64,000 nt of DNA from Fistulifera solaris (GCA_030295235.1 AP026125.1:992001-1056000), one strand, 5' to 3'; counted from the stretch's first letter, positions 10,491 to 23,463 are shown. Numbers and translations: made by a program. Notes: generated from the letters alone by a model not told the origin.

Positions 10491-11100
10491 TTACCAATTC
10501 CCATCCACTGGATCGATTGTACAAGTACTCCACCTTTTCTGTAGAATAACCGCAAGGAATGATACCCCCAACAGACCCTCTTCAGCCGCAAGCTCACATA
10601 CCTGCCGTTGGAAAGATAGGTTGGTCAAAATAATCCCACGTTTCGACTTGATATGCCTCACAACATCTAGTACAGGAGTCCTTTCCAACACGATCATAGC
10701 CGCTGCTACAATCAGAGCAGAACGATTATGTCCTCCGAGGCAATGAAGTAGAATTTTCTTACCACTTTCTTTGGCTTCCTGTAAGAAGCTCCTGCATTCT
10801 TCTCGATGCAAACCAAGCATATCGTAATGTTCGTCGTCGACACCCTTGAGATAGAAATGTTGAATGATTTCACTGGCCAGTAATCCTTGAATCGACTGTA
10901 GCTTTTCGTCCAGCATGTAATTTGTACTCACGACGTGTGTAATGTCGGCTGCCCAGGTCAGTTCTCGTTCACGGGCACTTTTGACTTTCAGGATTGTCAA
11001 TGCATCGGAGAGGTAAAGCCATGGTCACTCTGGTAAGCCTCACGTGTTACTATGTCGTTCACCGCTCGGACCCATTTCTACAGGGTTTCATCCTCTTCCA
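10491..11100 (-). pseudogene. Dual-specificity protein phosphatase, probably disrupted
   Basis: Catalytic motif LHCLGGHNRSA and ILTNLSFQRQ. In-frame stop codons lie directly upstream of the PWLYLSD motif, and there is no clean start. Confidence 0.7.
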
Positions 11101-11765
11101 AATTTAATCAAGTCTTTTTTGAAGGTTCCTTTGATCGTTATACCTTGTAAAATATGCAATGGAAGGGGTTTATAGTCTATTGCGTGTTGGAGTTTTTTTT
11201 TTCTTTTTTTTCTTTTTTTTCTTTTCGATCGTTCACTATTCTATGACGGATGACGGATGGGTGGACAGATTTTCCAGTCCCGGCATGTCTCATATTCACT
11301 GCAAGAGGAAATTAATGGGGTCCGCGCTTTGTCAGTCACGAGGACGGGCTACTGTCCCCGCTCGTTGATGCCATCCGTTGCTTTTCACGCACAAACAAAT
11401 ATTTCGAAAGTAAGACACTTAAGCACGTAACTTTTTTATTTATATTAATAGGAAGAGAATTATTTCTTCAAGTAGCTTACTTTCGACTTGCAATGTTATT
11501 TTATTCAATGACAAAGATCGCTCTATGCTCCGCCATGAAATGCACTGAAAATAAGAGCGGACCTCGTGGTTGGAGGCTGGCTTACACAAAAGGTGAGAGT
11601 GGCCTCCCGAGCGGCACTCATGATAGCGGGGACACTAAGCCGTCACGAGGAAAAAGCACGGGCATGAGCCAGCATTAAAAGCGATGACGATATTGTAAGA
11701 CCTTACTTTCATTCAACATCCTTGTGTTTTAAAGCTACAATTTCTAATAATAATTCATATAAGCG

Positions 11766-12464
11766 ATGAAAAGAGCTGTTTCTTTCCTTCTGCTGTGGCA
11801 GAGCTCTTTGCTTACCGCGCATGCATTTTATGTCGCGAAACACAGCAGCCATTCTCGAAAAGAGTGCTCGCATCCAGTATTACGGCTGCACATGTCGGAG
11901 GAACCGGATATCTTTGGACCGCAAAGCACGGACGCACCGCTTTTATCTGATGAAGAGCTCTTGGCACAGAATCCTGACTGGGACGATACAGTAGCTCGAT
12001 TCAATACGGTACATTTGTCGGGCCGCATCGGCGGAGAGCCGAAAACGCGCTATTTTGACGATGGCAAAGTCGTCGTCAATTTAAATTTGGCGGTTCAACG
12101 GAAATATCATCCACTCGAACGCAAGCATTTAAATATTGCTTACGGACAAGAAGAGACGGACTGGTTTGGTCTTGAAATCTGGGGGAAAACGGCAGAATTT
12201 GCATCCAAGTATGTAGATAAAGGCATGCGTGTCAGTGTCATCGGATCTCTGCAAATCGATCAGTGGACAGACAAAGAAAGTGGTGAACCGCGCAGTCGAA
12301 CGAAAGTGGTTGTACGGGAACTGGATATTATGGAAACACGGGCCGAAGGTGATCTGAGGCGGTCAAAGCGATCAGGTGGCGGTAGCGGAGGATCCTCCAA
12401 CTTCTTCTCAGAAGATGACTTTGGAGCGTCCTCTGCTGGATCGGGCGGATTTTTCGACGATTGA
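11766..12464 (+). CDS. ssb: Bacterial-type single-stranded DNA-binding protein, organelle (probably plastid) targeted
   Basis: OB fold NTVHLSGRIG...ETDWFGLEIWGKTAE...KGMRVSVIGSLQIDQW; Gly-rich linker and acidic GGFFDD tail; signal peptide ending AHA-F. Confidence 0.92.
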   Translation: MKRAVSFLLLWQSSLLTAHAFYVAKHSSHSRKECSHPVLRLHMSEEPDIFGPQSTDAPLLSDEELLAQNPDWDDTVARFNTVHLSGRIGGEPKTRYFDDGKVVVNLNLAVQRKYHPLERKHLNIAYGQEETDWFGLEIWGKTAEFASKYVDKGMRVSVIGSLQIDQWTDKESGEPRSRTKVVVRELDIMETRAEGDLRRSKRSGGGSGGSSNFFSEDDFGASSAGSGGFFDD

Positions 12465-13703
12465 GGCGCATTCGTCCAGCAAAGACGCACGTCAACGAAT
12501 CATATTATTCCTCTGCTAAAACATTGAACCGAACTGTCTGCGACGCTTTCACGGATGCTGTGTTTCTATCGCAATCTCGTGGCAAGTTCCTGCAGGGAGG
12601 TGGGACTTTTTAACAGGCTAGATAATTTTCGACATTCTGTTGAAGGGCATTTCTTTTGTCTTTTGTAATCGCGTGAGTAGATACCTAGTAATCGTGACCA
12701 ACAAGAAGCGCCACATACTGATATCAATTATCCCCTCATTGTACCGAAAGAACAAGAAGGACAACCAAACGGTGATTATCTGCCGCATCAAATTTAGCGA
12801 CGCTGTGAAACTTGCCCAAAAAGTCGGTGTACATCCTTTCGACCTAGAAGATTGATATTTTAGTTTAAGGACTTTACTTGAACAGTCTACTTGTGAAAGA
12901 ACATGACCGTAGAAACCAATCAAAAGGGGAAGCATGATAAACATAGTTTCAGTCCTGCCTGGACGGAATATCCATAAAGATTAGTACCTGTAAGACATTT
13001 TACACTAGAATAGATTGTGACGCGTAATCCTGCAGACGTGTTTTCCAGTGTAGCTCTGTGAGTAGGAAACGCAACTTTTGGTTGAGTCACAAGAAACGAT
13101 GTCGTCACACCATAATGTACACTCAAGAGTGCATGACCCGCAATGGCCACGTTGAACATCCAATAGAAATCCAGGACCACTATGGTAAATGACGTCGCTG
13201 TTGCCGAATAACCGTTAAGCTACAGTTAATTGTTCTGTGTGACGCGCACTTTGAACGAGCGAGTGTCGCTTCTTCTTCATTCGGATTCGTTCTGCTCCGA
13301 CTGCACCACGATTTCCTCCAGCAATACCATTTGGCCGTTTTGATATCGTTTAGAAAGTAGAAGCATTGAGCTGGACATTTTCTTTCCGCACTTCGGAGCG
13401 TGCTGGTTATATGAAAGCATTGCATCCCTTCGACTTCGATCTCTTCGTTCGTCTCGTTTTTGTTATTTGAGCTGACAAGATCGATAGCTTTTGGTTAATA
13501 AGGAGCCGGAACGCTGAACTCGAATGCTACGGTCACTGCGAAGTTTTTTCTGTCGTTCCATTCTTGATTCACAAAAGATTCTTCTGTAAAGATTGACTCT
13601 AAAGCCCGAAGGGAATAAACACACTCAGAATACTGCGATAGAAAAAACCAAGCAACAATTTTCGGTAGCGAAGGAGTTGATTGTGTGCATCGTATCGCCA
13701 GAA

Positions 13704-15171
13704 ATGTCGATGTCGCCGCTCTACGCAACTCCGACTGCACGAGGTGGGTCTGAACAACCAGAAGATTGCAGAGATTTTCTTCGAACTGGTCGCTGCAAAT
13801 ATGGAGCATCATGCAAGTACAATCATCCTGCGAACGTGCAGAACGGAGGAGGAATGAAGTCTCCGCTCGATCCATCGGAACCGTTGTTTCCATTGAGACC
13901 GAATGAGCCTCTTTGCCAGTATTACCTCAAGCACGGAACATGCAAGTTCGGGCAAGCCTGCAAATTCAATCATCCTCCGCATACGTCGCAACGTGCAATT
14001 TTGAGCGGTAATAGCATTGTTTTGATGAACATTGGACGTCAGAATGGCGAAACTCCGCAGTATGTTTTGAATCCGGATTCATCAGTCCTTTTACAGGTTC
14101 TTCCGCAACGCCCGGATGAGCCAGACTGCATTTACTTTTTGAAGAACGGAAGATGCAAATACGGAGCGACTTGCCGATACCATCATCCTTTAAACTATCA
14201 CCAACAAAGAGCCGAGGAGCAAAGAAGGCATCGAAATCAAATGTCACAGCAAGGAGTGCATTACGTCACCCAGCATGTGAGCGGTATGCCTCATCAGGGT
14301 CCCATTTATCTGGACAATTCAATAGCGGTTGTTCCTGTTGACAGGGAAGGACATCAATTGTATCAATATTCGTACATGAACAACTCCGATGGGTATTCGG
14401 CCCCGCTGGGATCGACTGTGCGAACGGAACTTGCCTCATCAGCGTCTTCTCTCGCGTCCTCTTACGATGCAGCTCTCGAGCAGATAGGGCATTCAGACAG
14501 GGGAGCATCCAACTGGAATAGGACCCTTAGTGTAAACAGCTTAGGGGAGAGTAGGGGGCCGCCAAGGGGTGTCATGACTCATTCGGCAAGTGAAGGACAC
14601 ATGGATAGGAGGCCGCGCGCAGCCTCTCATGGAAATACAACTGACTACATCTTCGAATCGAATAGTGGCCAGCTTCGCAGGATAAGTTCTGAAACTCCCA
14701 TGAATGTTAACCCGTCACCTGTTGCAGGAAGCTTGAACGGGGAGAGTTGGCAAGGTCAGCGTGGGCGATTCATTCCGAAGAATCGCCGAGGAAGACACCG
14801 TGACGACGTCGAAGGTGGCTTCACTATGATGACATCTGCCTTACTGAACATGCTTGATACCACGGAAGAAGCGTCAGGCGAAAATTTCAGTGACGAGGAC
14901 AATTACCATGCTCATCATCAGTACTTAGCAGCCGACGAAGTCGACCACTCTCTTTTCGAGCGCCTGTCCTTGAACTCGGGGGGCGCAAGGGGGAGGCTAC
15001 GTCCCCAGCCCAGTTCCGAATGCTACCGGTGGCAATCCAAACTGGCCCACCACTTGGGAAGGGCTATCTTATGACGATCATGACCGACATTTAAGCATGT
15101 TGTCAAGTCGTGAGAGTGACAAGCGCCAGGGAAGTCCGAGTGAGAACAACGTGGGACTCTACCTCCCTTAG
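13704..15171 (+). CDS. CCCH-type zinc finger protein (3 fingers); probable frameshift near the 3' end
   Basis: Three C-x8-C-x5-C-x3-H fingers (CRDFLRTGRCKYGASCKYNH etc.). An alternative frame after the G-runs at ~14978-14995 gives a plausible C-terminus ...NVGLYLP* at 15171. Confidence 0.88.
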
Positions 15172-15420
15172 ATTTTCTTTCATATAGATCTTGTGATTGG
15201 CGAATGCTATCAGCTGATTTCACGCGAAAGCCAATCGAGCTATCAATCTCTGTGCTATGCTTTGTTGAAAGCTATCCTCGAGACGGAGATATCTGAACTG
15301 AAGACGTTTAGAATGTACCAACTACAGCCACTGTTTAGATAATTCAACCTCAGTCCTTTGAATGTATTTTTCCAATAAGTGAATTGTGTTTTTCATTAAG
15401 ATGCCACGCAACACTAGATT

Positions 15421-17368
15421 TTACTTCACAACCGTCCCACCGGATGCGGTTGCAATGGCCGCTGTAGAGTAGATTATCGTCGCGCCATCAGCCCACTCAA
15501 CGCGAAATCCGTATCGCCCTTGCTTCAACACTCTTTTGGGCTGATCGCTAGGAGAAACCTTTGCGTTTGACTTATAAATTTTGACATCGGTATTTATCGG
15601 CTCCGATGAGATGGTTCGGAGAACCTTGCCGTTCTTGGGATCACGAGCTCGGAGATCGGAAGGACTGATTTGTTTTTGGGTTGCCCCAGACTCTGAATAG
15701 AAGCGGACCACGAACCGTTCATCGCGTCCCAATTCCATTGTCGCTGTTGATAAATCAAAGGATTCGTTTGTAGATCCGAAATGCACTTTCCCCACAATTT
15801 CATCGCGCTGCCCATATTGAAACTTTAAGAGAAATTCTGTTACTGTGTCGGCAAGTTGACCAAACGCTTCAAGCTCCAAGTTCGACTCTTGCTCTCTCGA
15901 CAGGCAGAGGGGGACGCTATTATCGATAGAAGAGTTCGCGGTTTGTGATATGGGCAAGCGGATCGTGTGATGGCCATCGAGCGCACACGTCTCACTAATA
16001 TTTCCAAAGGGATAGTATCGCTTTCCGTCTCCCTTGATAAGTAATGTTACGCTAGGTGAGACACTACTTACGGGCTCAGCGACGATAGACAAAAGTATCA
16101 CTCACCTCGAAAAAGGACATGTTCTCAACGACTGCAATTGTCGGCACGCCTAGGGACGTAAACATTTCAATACCTTTTCGTGTATCACTAATCGCTAGTT
16201 TCGAAGGCGTTGTGACAGCGACCGCTCCACTGATTTGTAACTCTTGCAGCACAGCTAGCTGCACATCTCCCGTACCAGGCGGAAGGTCTAACAGCAAAAC
16301 ATCTAGATCTCCCCAATCTGTGCTCTTTAATCTTTCATGTAAAGTCAGCCGTGATATGTCAACTCAAGATATGCAATTAGAGCATGACTTATCACTTACA
16401 GTTGGGTGACAACTTTCCCTACTAATGGACCTCGCATGACAGCAGCCCCGCTTTCTTTTCCCGATCCAGGCACGCCGCTCTAAGAGCACATGTCAGGTGC
16501 AATTAAAATGGTGTAATTTTGTAATCCACGTTGTCTTACCTGAGAAGAGACATACCCAAGAGACAGTAGTTTGACCCCTTCATGATTGATAGGGTACACC
16601 ATTCCTGGGCCACTGGGAGAGGGACGAACAGCGGGGTCTTTTGGGTCGACCAGAAGCGGTAAGGATGGCCCGTAAATATCCAGATCCAACAGTCCGACTC
16701 GGCCCCCTCGTGAGGCGAGCTCGTAAGCCAGGTTGACAGCGATGGTTGACTTTCCAACACCACCTTTGCAAGAATAGACAGTAACAACATGAGCAACGGA
16801 CTGCAAACCAGGTCCAAGCATTTCGAAAAGCTCTTCTTTCCCTTCTGTCAAGTGCAGCATTGCCGAAGTAGGCTTTGTAGCGATCGCTTCTACGTTGACA
16901 TTAGCCTTCATTGTAGAGTTCATGGACGCTTCTTTCTCCAGCCAAACCGTAATCTCTGCTTCGGACTCCTCTTTGACTTTTGATTTGAGGTCACTGATGT
17001 GAGGATGAAGCATGGAAGGTAGTTTGAGCAGTATTTGAAAGGTACCGTCATCGGATATCGCAATACTCCGACTCAACCACCCAAGTTTGTCCAAGGTATG
17101 CTTCGTTACAGGATCTAAAACTGAATAGGCCACTTTTTTATATAAATGCTCTTCCAAGTCGGCAATTTTTCGATTTGAAAGGTTCCACCGGCTTTCTGCA
17201 TTTCGTTGTTTATCTTCATTCGAATAGGCTCGAGACCACGGCTTTTGGCCGCAGAGAGAAAAAAGTCGGGATGGGGCGAAGGCGGAATGAAGGCTTACAA
17301 CAACTATGTAGCACTTTTTGAGCGTGAGCGTATGGCACCTTTAAGGAATGAGAAAAGAGATTGAGCAT
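15421..17368 (-). CDS. HCF101: HCF101-like Fe-S cluster carrier P-loop NTPase (Mrp/NBP35 family); multi-exon
   Basis: N-terminal DUF59-like region; VYSCKGGVGKST, LLDLDIYGPS, MRGP, LLDLPPGTGDVQL, VVENMSFF; C-terminal DUF971-like YGFRVEWADG. Start inferred across a T-run frameshift. Confidence 0.88.
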
Positions 17369-17779
17369 GGTTTGCAGTTTGTTTCTTCATTCGAAGTTTT
17401 GTTGACATTCTTGGTGATTTTTTGGTTGATGTTGATGCTGAAGTCGTTCTGTGATCGCATGGTTCGTGAGGGTCAATTTTTATGTGACAACCGGATGTTA
17501 AATATAAAACGAATGTATTATTCTGTGCTTAACCTTTTGAATACCGTACGGGAAGAGACTGTGAAAACTGCCTTCTTAGCGGTTATCAATGTTTCAAACG
17601 CACAGACGTCAGTGTTCTTTTAGATGTCTCACTACTATTCGTCCATACAGTCCGAGTTCCGCACGATAATGAAGCGTGAAACCAAAACGCCAACACAATA
17701 ACATCCACCGATCAATTTTCATTTCCCTCACGAGCTTGTTGTCAATATATCTTGGAAACTAGAGTTGTGAAAATCAGAA

Positions 17780-18463
17780 ATGAAATCTGTTTATATCTTC
17801 AGTTTGTTCACACTTCTTTGGCCGACAGCTCTGACCTTTTCAGTTGCACCAATTTCGGTGCGAAATCACCGGGCTTTCGTGTCGGATACTTGCCTTTGGG
17901 CCGAAACGGTCAAAGAAGTGACCGATGACGCCGACACGCGCATGTCGAAATCGGTCGAATCCGTCAAAACGAATTTGGCCACAATCCGCACAGGACGTGC
18001 GTCCGCTAGCATCCTCGATCGCATCAAGGTGGACTATTATGGCGTCGCCACTCCTCTCAATCAGATGGCCACCATTTCCGTCCCATCCGCACAACAACTT
18101 GCCGTCGATCCTTACGACAAGTCGACTTTGAATGATATTCAGAAAGCCATTGCCGAGTCTGATTTGGGTGTCTCTCCCAATAACGATGGTACTATCATTC
18201 GTATCAATATTCCTGAATTGACGGAAGAGCGACGTAAAGACATGATGAAGCAATGTAAATCAATTGGCGAAGAAGGAAAAGTCGCTGTTCGCAACATTCG
18301 TAGAGATGGTGTGGACCTGATTAAGAAGTTAGAAAAGGCGGCAACCATCGGAAAAGATGAGATGCAGGACGGTCTCGATCTGATGCAGAAAATGACGGAC
18401 AAGCGAGTCAAGGAAATTGATGACATTGTTGCGAAAAAGGAAAAGGAACTTTCCAAGGTGTAA
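17780..18463 (+). CDS. frr: Ribosome recycling factor, plastid-targeted
   Basis: LATIRTGRA, VDYYG..TPLNQMA, PNNDG.IIRINIPELTEERRK, KVAVRNIRRD; signal peptide. Confidence 0.96.
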   Translation: MKSVYIFSLFTLLWPTALTFSVAPISVRNHRAFVSDTCLWAETVKEVTDDADTRMSKSVESVKTNLATIRTGRASASILDRIKVDYYGVATPLNQMATISVPSAQQLAVDPYDKSTLNDIQKAIAESDLGVSPNNDGTIIRINIPELTEERRKDMMKQCKSIGEEGKVAVRNIRRDGVDLIKKLEKAATIGKDEMQDGLDLMQKMTDKRVKEIDDIVAKKEKELSKV

Positions 18464-18998
18464 CACAAAAGCTTTATAGCGCTCTATCCTTTATCATTTT
18501 CACGACTGACTTTTTGACGTAGAATGTTCATTGGGACGGAGGTAAGGGAATGGACACAATGCATCAATAAGACGTCAGTTTACGAAAGCTTCGTGCACTA
18601 TGCTTTACATAAATTAGAAGGTTTGAAGCCAGAGAGTTACGCCGGTATGGTCACAGCAAACGGAGACCATGAACTACAAAGGTTATCGCTCGAAGCCCTT
18701 AGCTTTAAAACGACGATGAGTACCGCTCTGAAGGGTCCGGTACTCGTAACTACTTCACATAAGACAGTGAATGCGGAAGTTCTCGTTTTGTGTTTTGTCG
18801 TCCTTTTTCGCAACCTTTTTCTCCACCCTCTCTGCGCTGCGACCTGCGACGACTGCGATGCTGTGATGCCCTCTTCAGCAAGAATTAAAGCTTAGTGAAT
18901 GAATGCAAAAGTCCATTGACACTGCTTTAACTTGTTTATCATCAGTCGCTCACAGTCGAAAGTTAGATACAAAAGCAAAGGGGACGCTGAGCTGAGAG

Positions 18999-21499
18999 AT
19001 GATTTGGGTTCGACATTCCGCCATGATTTCTGCAGCCCTCTTGGCCCTCTCTACGAATTTTTTCGTCGTTACAGCAAATCAACTTGGCCGTCTCGAGTCT
19101 TTGGCATTAAAACAGTACGTGAGAAAGTCGCACTTAAAAGTTTTTAGCTGATTTATGCATTCTTAACGCCTTTTTTTCTTTCTGCAGCCTCGTTGCGAGC
19201 AACCAAGAGTCATTCGACGAGAGACGCCGCTTGGATGATGGATCTATTCAAATGAATTGCGACGGCGCGTTTCTCGGATGCATGGGAAACGCACAATGCG
19301 CCGCTTGTTTCTCGCAAATTGACGAATACGACATTGATTGGGCGTCTGTCGCCAGTGAGACGCCGTGTGCCGAAGTCATTGCGTTTTTGAAAGACGAAAA
19401 CATTTGTACCACTCTGGGAGGCGATAAAATTGCCACTACAGCATTCTGTCAAACATTTCACTCGTGTGCGTTCTGGACGAGAGATAAAGGCGAAGATAAT
19501 TCGGGATCCGATGATGATGGTGTTTGGATGGATTGTGGGAATTTGAAAGAATGCAACTGGGAGGGCATGCATGCGAGTTTCATCGGAGATGGAATCTGCC
19601 ACGAAAATCTTTTTGGAGAGTGTTACAATTCTGCAGTTTGCAACTGGGATGGCGGAGACTGCTGCAAAGACACCTGTGAAACAAGAGAGGACGCCTATGT
19701 GGAATGTGGACACGACGGTTACGCTTGTCGTGATCCTAGCAGCGATTTCTGCGACAGTGATTATACACGAGATTGCAAACAGGATAACAATGACAACGGC
19801 CAACCTCTCCCTACCTGTCCCGAAGGCCAGGGCATTTACCGCCTGGTAATGTACGATTCCTTTGGTGACGGATGGGGCGGAACTCGTATCAAAATTACTC
19901 CCAAGGACAAGACCTCCACTGTCGTGTTCGAAGGAGAACTACAAGACGGGTCACAGGGCACTGCGTACATTTGTCTTCAAAAAAAGCAGCGCGTGTTATC
20001 ATGTCGATTTAACGGGAGGGACTTGGGGAAAGGAAGTTTCATGGGACATCCGTGGGTTCTCGGATGGAGCGCAAGCTATCGCCATGGGAGGAGCACCATT
20101 AAGCTGTGACTTTAGTACAGGAAACGGTGAAGCGTGTGCTTCGACTTGCTTTGGGAGAGCAAACGTGGACCCGGCCGATGATCCAGATTACAAGGAATTC
20201 AAGGATATATACACATGTATCGAGAAGGCATGCGTTATCCAAGTTGGGGTCTGTGAGAAGGACATCAATTGCATTGACTGCCTTGCAGAGGAGGTGGATG
20301 ATCATTGTTATTCGATACCATCTTTTAATGCAGTGCTTGATTGTACGATGTGTCAATGCACCGATAAGAAGGGCAGTGATTTCTGCATGAATAAAGCTAG
20401 CCCAGGCATAGTGATTCCGGATAAAGGAAAGGAACAAAAGTCTCAAGATTGTACACCGGGGGAAATTCTCAAGGGCGGAGCTGCAGTAATGGAGTTTACA
20501 AAGTGCACAGATTTCGACAGTATCGGAATTATGGTGACGGATTTCGATCAGAACAACTTTGGTGATCTTGACAAGTTCGAAGCATGCGCTCATGGATTTG
20601 CAGACAAAGGCGATCATGGTGGAAAGTCGGCGCTGGAATGTCTGCAAATACTCGTCGATGCGAAAAACGGCATCATGGAAGACGAGACTGCAGGAAAGGT
20701 CAATACAGATACCGTTTCGGCTTTAGCGAAATTCATTTACGATGACGGTGAGACGTTTTGCGACTGCAGCAAGAGAGCTTCCGAAGACTGCCCGCTGTGC
20801 CCATCATTTAAACACTTCAAGACGCTTTTATACGAAAGTCTGGATGCCTGTATGGCGCTTGATGAAATCGATTGCCCTGCGTGGTCGGAGTTTTACGAGG
20901 GATGCAAAACGAAGATCGAAGACGCTTTTGGAGTCATCGACTTTCAAGGAAAAATTGAGCAGTGCAACTATGTCACACGTGGGTGTGATGGAGTTGGGCC
21001 TTTTCCCGCTTTTCGAAGATTAGATTGTTACAAGGAAATCAAGAGTTCCGCTTGGGACTTTCACAACAACTACATGAGTGCTTGTTCGGGAGGTCCGACC
21101 TCTCCTGTGCCTGCTCCAATTGCTCCTGCACCCGTTGCTCCTTACTCCCCACCTTATGCTGCTCCTGCACCTAGCGGCTCAAAACCTTACGTTCCTGCGG
21201 ACGATTCACAAGACTCCCCGGGAAAGAAGAAATACGTTCCGGATGATGATAAAAGGACGAAGAAGCATCACTTCCGGAATTTGGCGCTTTTGTGTTTAGT
21301 AGGATGTGGAGCATACTATTACTACAAGCGTCGTCAAGAGGGCTTCAGATTCAACTCGTATGGTATGATGCATCGTAACTTTGGGGGCGATGATGGGATC
21401 TACCATGGATTGGCAATGGACGCATCGACGTCGTTCGAACCTGCTCATCTTCCTCCCCCTCCATCAGCAATGGGAGGAAGCTACTACAACGAATACTGA
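18999..21499 (+). CDS. Cys-rich type I membrane protein with LNR (Notch-like) domain
   Basis: Signal-peptide exon; intron 19115-19187 joins in frame to ...ERRRLDD. LNR-like IGDGICH...YNSAVCNWDGGDCC, MYDSFGDGW module, Pro-rich stalk, TM LALLCLVGCGAYYYYKRR. Frameshift in A-run at ~19979-19985. Confidence 0.82.
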
Positions 21500-22137
21500 G
21501 TTCATAGCTTGTAGCGGTTTTACAACAAGGCTGACTCTGGACTCCAATTTTTCGTGCAGGAGTTTAAGTGGAAAATATTAGATACCTAATGTATAATTGA
21601 AAATCAACACGTTCTTTGAGAAATAGCGAGCCCATCAATATCGACACGTTTTATTTGATATGAGAATCGTATGTCCACTTGTTCTTATTATGCTATAGCT
21701 AGACTTTTAGAGGTTAGAGGTAGAATAATATGAGCTCGACCTTAGCTTGAAAAGCGGGCTTTCGCACAAGACGTCGCTGCGGTGTGTCGAACGGGCGAAT
21801 TTTTTTCTACTATGAAACATAGTGCACTTGATTCGTGGCGTAGAGGCACCCATTTGTACTCTCGTGTGTCACCAACGGCTATGGATATTGTCCTCCTTGG
21901 TACTCAAAATATTAGTCTGAAATGAACCGGTACTAAATTTTGTGGCAAAGATAGTACATGGCGATACGGCATGGTTTTATGAAACAACATCGAGGCACGG
22001 GCGCTCGAGAAGGCACTGTTCTCTGAGCATCTGTTTGACCTTTTCATTCGAGAGAGTGTTGTTGTCCTTCTTTCTAAGGTCTTTCTATCTCTTCGTTCTA
22101 TCTAACACTTTCAAGAGCAAATTAGAAGTCGCCGGGA

Positions 22138-23463
22138 ATGTTCTGGCTGTACATGGGAACATCAGGAGTTCTTTCCGATTTGGTTTACCATTTCGGAGGT
22201 CTTGATGGGCCCACTATACTTTTCTTAGCGACTTTGGGTGCTATTACAATCTTCCGAAGAGAGATGAGTTGCAATCATTGTTACGTAGAAGAGCCATCAA
22301 CCGATTCTAGAATTGGAGAACGGACGGAGGATGACGAGATATCCTCAAAAGACTGGAACGACGAAGAAACGGAAGAATTGCTCGAAGGGGCAGGACGATA
22401 TTGTTCCGGTGCATTGCTAGCTCCAGTCATCGACAATCTACTCAAAATCCTACACGGCAAAGGAAATAACATGGTCGATTCTCTGTTAAGTGAACATCGC
22501 CCGCAAACAACGGAGGAAATACTTGACGCTGCCGGGTGTTACTGCTCTGGTATTCCTTTTCTCAGATCTTTGTTTCGATCTCGACCGCCCCGATCCATTC
22601 GAGTTATCTCGTTCTCGCACGCATACAATCAGCAAGGATTCCTTCCTTCATTGCCTTTGGATGCCCAAATACACATGTTATCTTTTCTGCACCCTCGTGA
22701 TATTGTGAATGTTGCTTGTGTAAACAAAGCGTGCAATCGACTCATCGACGAAGGACCATCATCCAGTTTAGTTTGGAAGACTATATGGAATCGCGACTAC
22801 GCCTGGCTCGTCGAATCTTGGGATATTGGTCGCCTGGCAAAAGAAAGGTCTGGTATCGAGCCAAATTTCAGCAAAGATTTTTATTTCCGTTTCTCTCTGG
22901 CATCCACCAACTACCTTTTGGCTGGACAGAATAACTATGACCGCTGCTTGGTGGGAATCGGTGGACACATCTACGATCTTTCCTTATTCCTGGCGGTACA
23001 CCCTGGATCACCCGAGACTGTTATGGCCCATGCTGGTCAAGATGCTACGGACTTTTTCGCTCGCATCAACCATTCTGCTGGGGCGAGACAAATTGCTAAA
23101 TCGCACTGCGTAGTAGTAGATCTAGCGTTTGTCGATCCTGAAGACTGCGGTGCGAAGCCCACAAAAGCCATATCGCTGGATGAAAGTTGCACTGTCATTA
23201 CTGCTCCTGCCCAAGTTGATCCGCCGTCTACCTATCATTCGAATACTCTGATCACGAAACGGCCGACGCTGGAAAGGATACGGGATGAATTTCTGAGAGA
23301 AGAGATCGCACACAAGGCATTGGCATCTTCTATGGACATTCCAGCCCTTCTGGGCGACGTTAATGTATACTATGATCCTCTGGCAATGAAATGGAAAGCT
23401 TGGTACACGAGCAAACAATTTGAGAGAATTTTCATCGGTTTCAACAACAATGTAAAACAATGA
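22138..23463 (+). CDS. F-box plus cytochrome b5-like heme-binding domain protein
   Basis: F-box LPSLPLDAQIHMLSFLHPRDIVNVACVNK; cytochrome b5 IYDLSLFLAVHPGS...AGQDATDFFARINHS. Confidence 0.85.
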   Translation: MFWLYMGTSGVLSDLVYHFGGLDGPTILFLATLGAITIFRREMSCNHCYVEEPSTDSRIGERTEDDEISSKDWNDEETEELLEGAGRYCSGALLAPVIDNLLKILHGKGNNMVDSLLSEHRPQTTEEILDAAGCYCSGIPFLRSLFRSRPPRSIRVISFSHAYNQQGFLPSLPLDAQIHMLSFLHPRDIVNVACVNKACNRLIDEGPSSSLVWKTIWNRDYAWLVESWDIGRLAKERSGIEPNFSKDFYFRFSLASTNYLLAGQNNYDRCLVGIGGHIYDLSLFLAVHPGSPETVMAHAGQDATDFFARINHSAGARQIAKSHCVVVDLAFVDPEDCGAKPTKAISLDESCTVITAPAQVDPPSTYHSNTLITKRPTLERIRDEFLREEIAHKALASSMDIPALLGDVNVYYDPLAMKWKAWYTSKQFERIFIGFNNNVKQ

